Source: Felis catus
Lineage: Eukaryota
Reading direction: 5' to 3'
DNA: 64,000 nt
Assembly: GCF_018350175.1 (NCBI RefSeq)
Contig: NC_058382.1
Span: 50,284,001-50,348,000 of the forward strand
In this document: piece after piece, positions 60,633 to 64,000 of the stretch
Layout: the number at the start of each line of letters is the position of its first letter
How positions within the stretch are numbered: position 1 is the first letter of the stretch
Made by a program: the position numbers and the translations under genes
The notes under the pieces: generated by a model
Database searches by the model: none
The model's input: the letters and a program-made list of their open reading frames with translations, nothing else
Told to the model about the DNA's origin: nothing

Positions 60633-62809
60633 ATCATCTTACCATTTTAAAACACTCCCTATCTATACCAATAGAAACCTGGTTTGCAGGTATCCTACGT
60701 TCATAAAACCCCACCTGTATTAAGTCCCACTTACTCGGTTGCCTTCCCCTTTTTCCCACTAGATTCTAGACTTTTTTATTCCCCTTTTCATCCTCCGTTC
60801 AACCCCTGCCCCTCCCCTCACCCCAACTGCTATACAGTCTTGGTCATTTTCAGATTTCTAGAAGTATTTTATTTTGATCTTTTTAAAATAAAATATTTTT
60901 ATATTTTTAAATGAATGATGTAATTAACTAAACATTAACAAACAAAAAATTGATACACTCTACAGAAGGCAAATCCTTCCAGGCTATGGTTGGTTCTTTG
61001 AAACCATGTAATGAGTGGCCATTTAGGTCAGATCAACAAGCAGTTTTCAAGGCTCAGAATTTCTTTCTAGTATTTTCCCCAGGCACTCTTCATAAGTATA
61101 AAGCCCTTGAATGTTGTCCATTCAGTTTACATCCCAAGGTAAATTGTGAACTTGTCAAACACAAAACAAATGCACCATGCTCCTTGTGACCAGCAGGCGG
61201 GCTGAGAGGGGAGCTTGTTGCTAACACAGACACTGAGGTGCACTACTCAGCTCAGCAGGAGGGCAAAGGATGAAGGCAGCCACCAACCTCCCAGTCATGC
61301 TTTATTTTTACAAAATCTGTGTTTTTTCAGCCTTGAGAAAGTCAAATGCAGCACTTAACCCCATTTCTAGACATTAAGTGCCCAAGTGTGCCTGTATATG
61401 CCCTCTCCCTGCTGGTTCAGATAAGGAACAACCATTTAAGAAATGTTCATTGCCTCTTTATGTAGGCAGAATGCGGCACAGTGTCAGTGACACTTGTGCT
61501 AAATTTGCTCTCTGGTTCCTGCTGCTGGGAAGTGCATCCTATCATTTCAAAGAATCAAATTTTCATTTGTATTTATCCTGCCAAAGTGAGTAAAGGATGA
61601 GTAACCAATCACAGTCACCAGCATCATTATTGTCATCTCTCTGTACATTTCCATTCTTGTATCCTGAGAGATATTAAAGATGTCTTTGCTGTAGGAATAG
61701 GTTTTCCATTTTCACTGCCCTGTAAACCAGACAAGGATTCCCAGTTAGAACCAGGATGATGGAGATCACTCTTTATTTCAGAAAACTGTTCCTGGAGTAA
61801 AGCTAGTTTTGAAGCCACAGAAATCCTTATATTTGGTCTGTTTAGGTAGCACACTACATTTAGCCTGCATGACATCATGTGTGTATGATAGGCTAACCCA
61901 TAATGAGGAATCACAGATAACAACTTTATGTACAGACAAAAGTCAAACTTTTCTCATTTAGGAAAGTTTCTCCAAATCAATGGCTCTGTTCTGTTCTCGT
62001 ATTATGTGCTAAATATACACATTTATTAGTAATTTTGCCTCATAAAGATTTTATAAAAACTATTCATTGCCAAAGGGAAAGCATTTTGAAACCAGAAACA
62101 CTTTGAGAAGGATGTTCCTCCTTCTGCCCTATTTTGTAAAGACTTTTCCCCCTTTATGTTTTCCATTAATATTCTGTATTATGGTATACAAACATTAGTG
62201 TGGATCAGAATTTCTAAGTTAACATACATTTTAAAGCCATTAGAAAAAGCACAGACTGTGGTTGCTCTTTTTATGAGAATGGGGATTGAAGGCAGCTGTT
62301 TCAAAAGCACTAATGTACTTCAAACAATGATGTAATATCTAACGTACATAACCTTTTTAAGCCTGGTAATATAGAAGACATTTAGATTTACTATTAAAAT
62401 ATGTCTCAGTTTTATTTCCTGCAAAAAAAAAATACAGAGAGACATGTGGAGCTTTGTTTTTCTATTTGTTATCTGAATGTCATGACCCATAAATAAAACT
62501 ACGTATTACCCAGAACAGGGATAAATTTGGCAATTATTATCCCAGTCTAACAAAAGTATAAGAAGCCATTTAGGATCATTTAGGATCATAAACAGTGTCC
62601 CTGTAGACTAACCAAAAGACTCTTTAGACTTAAGTGGGGACAAATTAAACTGTTGGGTTGGCTCTCAAAGAGTCATCCCTTCTATAAATATTAACTGAGC
62701 ATCTAATTATTTCCAAAGATGTCTGTGGGAAACAAGTAGACAAAACCATAGTCTGTCATCCTGGAGCTTCCTGTATGGAAGGAAAGGCTTTAATCAGGTC
62801 AATACAAGA

Positions 62810-63267
62810 TGTATTAGTTTCTTATTTCTGCTGTAACAAATCACCACTAACACAAATTTCTTATCTAAAAGTTCTGGAATTCACAAATATAAAATGGGTT
62901 GACAGGCTCTGTTCCTTCCAGAGGCTCTAGAGGAAAATCTGTTTCCTTGCTGTTTTTGGCTCTAAAGTTCCCTCACATTTCCTGGCTCATAGCCTTCCAT
63001 CTTCAAAGTCAGCTGCATAGATAGCAACTTCAAATCTTTCTGTCTCTGCTTTTGTCTTCACCTATTATTCTCTGATTATGACTATTTTGTCTCGCTCCTG
63101 TAATGGCCCTTGTGGTTACATTGGGCCCACTCAGATAATGCAGGACAGTCTCCCCATCTCAGTATCCTTAACTTCATCACATCTGGAAAGTCCCTTTTGC
63201 CATGTAAGGTGATATATTCACAGTGGGTGTTTTGAGGGCGGGTGGGAGGCATATTCTGCCTAGGACA
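62810..63267 (-). mobile_element. MaLR solo LTR (MLT1C/D-like) inserted in an L2 relic
   Basis: tgtattagtttc...gctgtaacaaatcaccac...ggacagtctccccatctcagtatccttaac...attctgcctaggaca; 5-bp flanks caaga / caagg. Confidence 0.85.
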
Positions 63268-64000
63268 CAAGGTAAGTTGTCTAAAATGCTAAAACAGTGA
63301 CAGAATACAATATGGAGTATTTAAAGGTGGGAGATGGATTGGAATGGGTGAGAGAAGCTAGTGTTGAAAGGGACATAAGAAGAGGTGGGTATAACAGGAA
63401 GCATTACTAACAGAGTAAATTATACCACACAAAACAAGAAGGCAAAAGATTCAGATTATGTCTCTGATGTATATGTTCATGCAGATGTTGAGCAAGAGAG
63501 AGTCCTTTAGGAATGTAATATTAGCAGTAACGTAGAATTATGTGATGTGTGCTCATCTTGGGGGGATATTGGAAATGCCAGACAATTAACTGGTTAAGGG
63601 AATACATTTTTGAATTTTAATTCTTATTCATATATTCATTTTAATTTCAAATTGTTTGATTTCTGAGATACAAAAAGTTAAGTGTAGCAGAACATGAATA
63701 ACATTATAAGTATTTAATATACATAGGTTTACAGTGCATGTATTTTTTTTTTTTTTTACTTCAGCTCACTTCTAATGGCTCGAACCCAACAATATCAACA
63801 ATAGCAATAGTGATACTCTGCCCTTACGGCATTAGAGATTACTGGTTCAAGGCATACCTCAGACTGGGGAGAAATGGGAGTCAGGTTCAGCCAGAACTTC
63901 AATAGCAGAAGAGTGGGAAGTTAAATATTGTATTATATCTACTACTACTTTGTGAGTCACTGTGTGTGATTTCTTTGTATTATAAGTCTGGGGAATATGG

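Noticed and set aside
61633..61923. 96-aa minus-strand ORF with protein-like composition
   Set aside because: Non-ATG start, weak acceptor at ~61838, no recognisable family; the length is compatible with chance

Overview
AT-rich, repeat-dense mammalian genomic DNA. The tRNA-derived Can-SINEs, including young SINEC_Fc-type copies, point to a felid. I found no convincing intact protein-coding gene, tRNA, rRNA or CRISPR array. Nearly all ORFs in the supplied track are chance frames or frames running through SINEs and L1s; the recognisable protein matches are decayed retroelement frames (L1 ORF1/ORF2, an L3/CR1 RT fragment, an ERV-L pol remnant). The window holds about 27 Can-SINE copies (21 minus, 6 plus), young and ancient L1 fragments (two with twin-priming 5' inversions), MaLR/ERV-L LTRs, an internally deleted ERV-L provirus, L2/MIR/L3 relics, Tigger and hAT DNA-transposon relics, and microsatellites. 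The most notable items are a ~1.05 kb mRNA-like insert (probable processed pseudogene, parent not recognised) that splits an old L1, a fold-back head-to-head SINE, tandem filler DNA at an inverted L1 junction, ultra-short L1 insertions, and a SINE strand bias suggesting the window lies inside a plus-strand transcription unit. I cannot support a novel multi-gene system here. Repeat family names come from my recall of consensus sequences, not from a RepeatMasker run, and boundaries are approximate.
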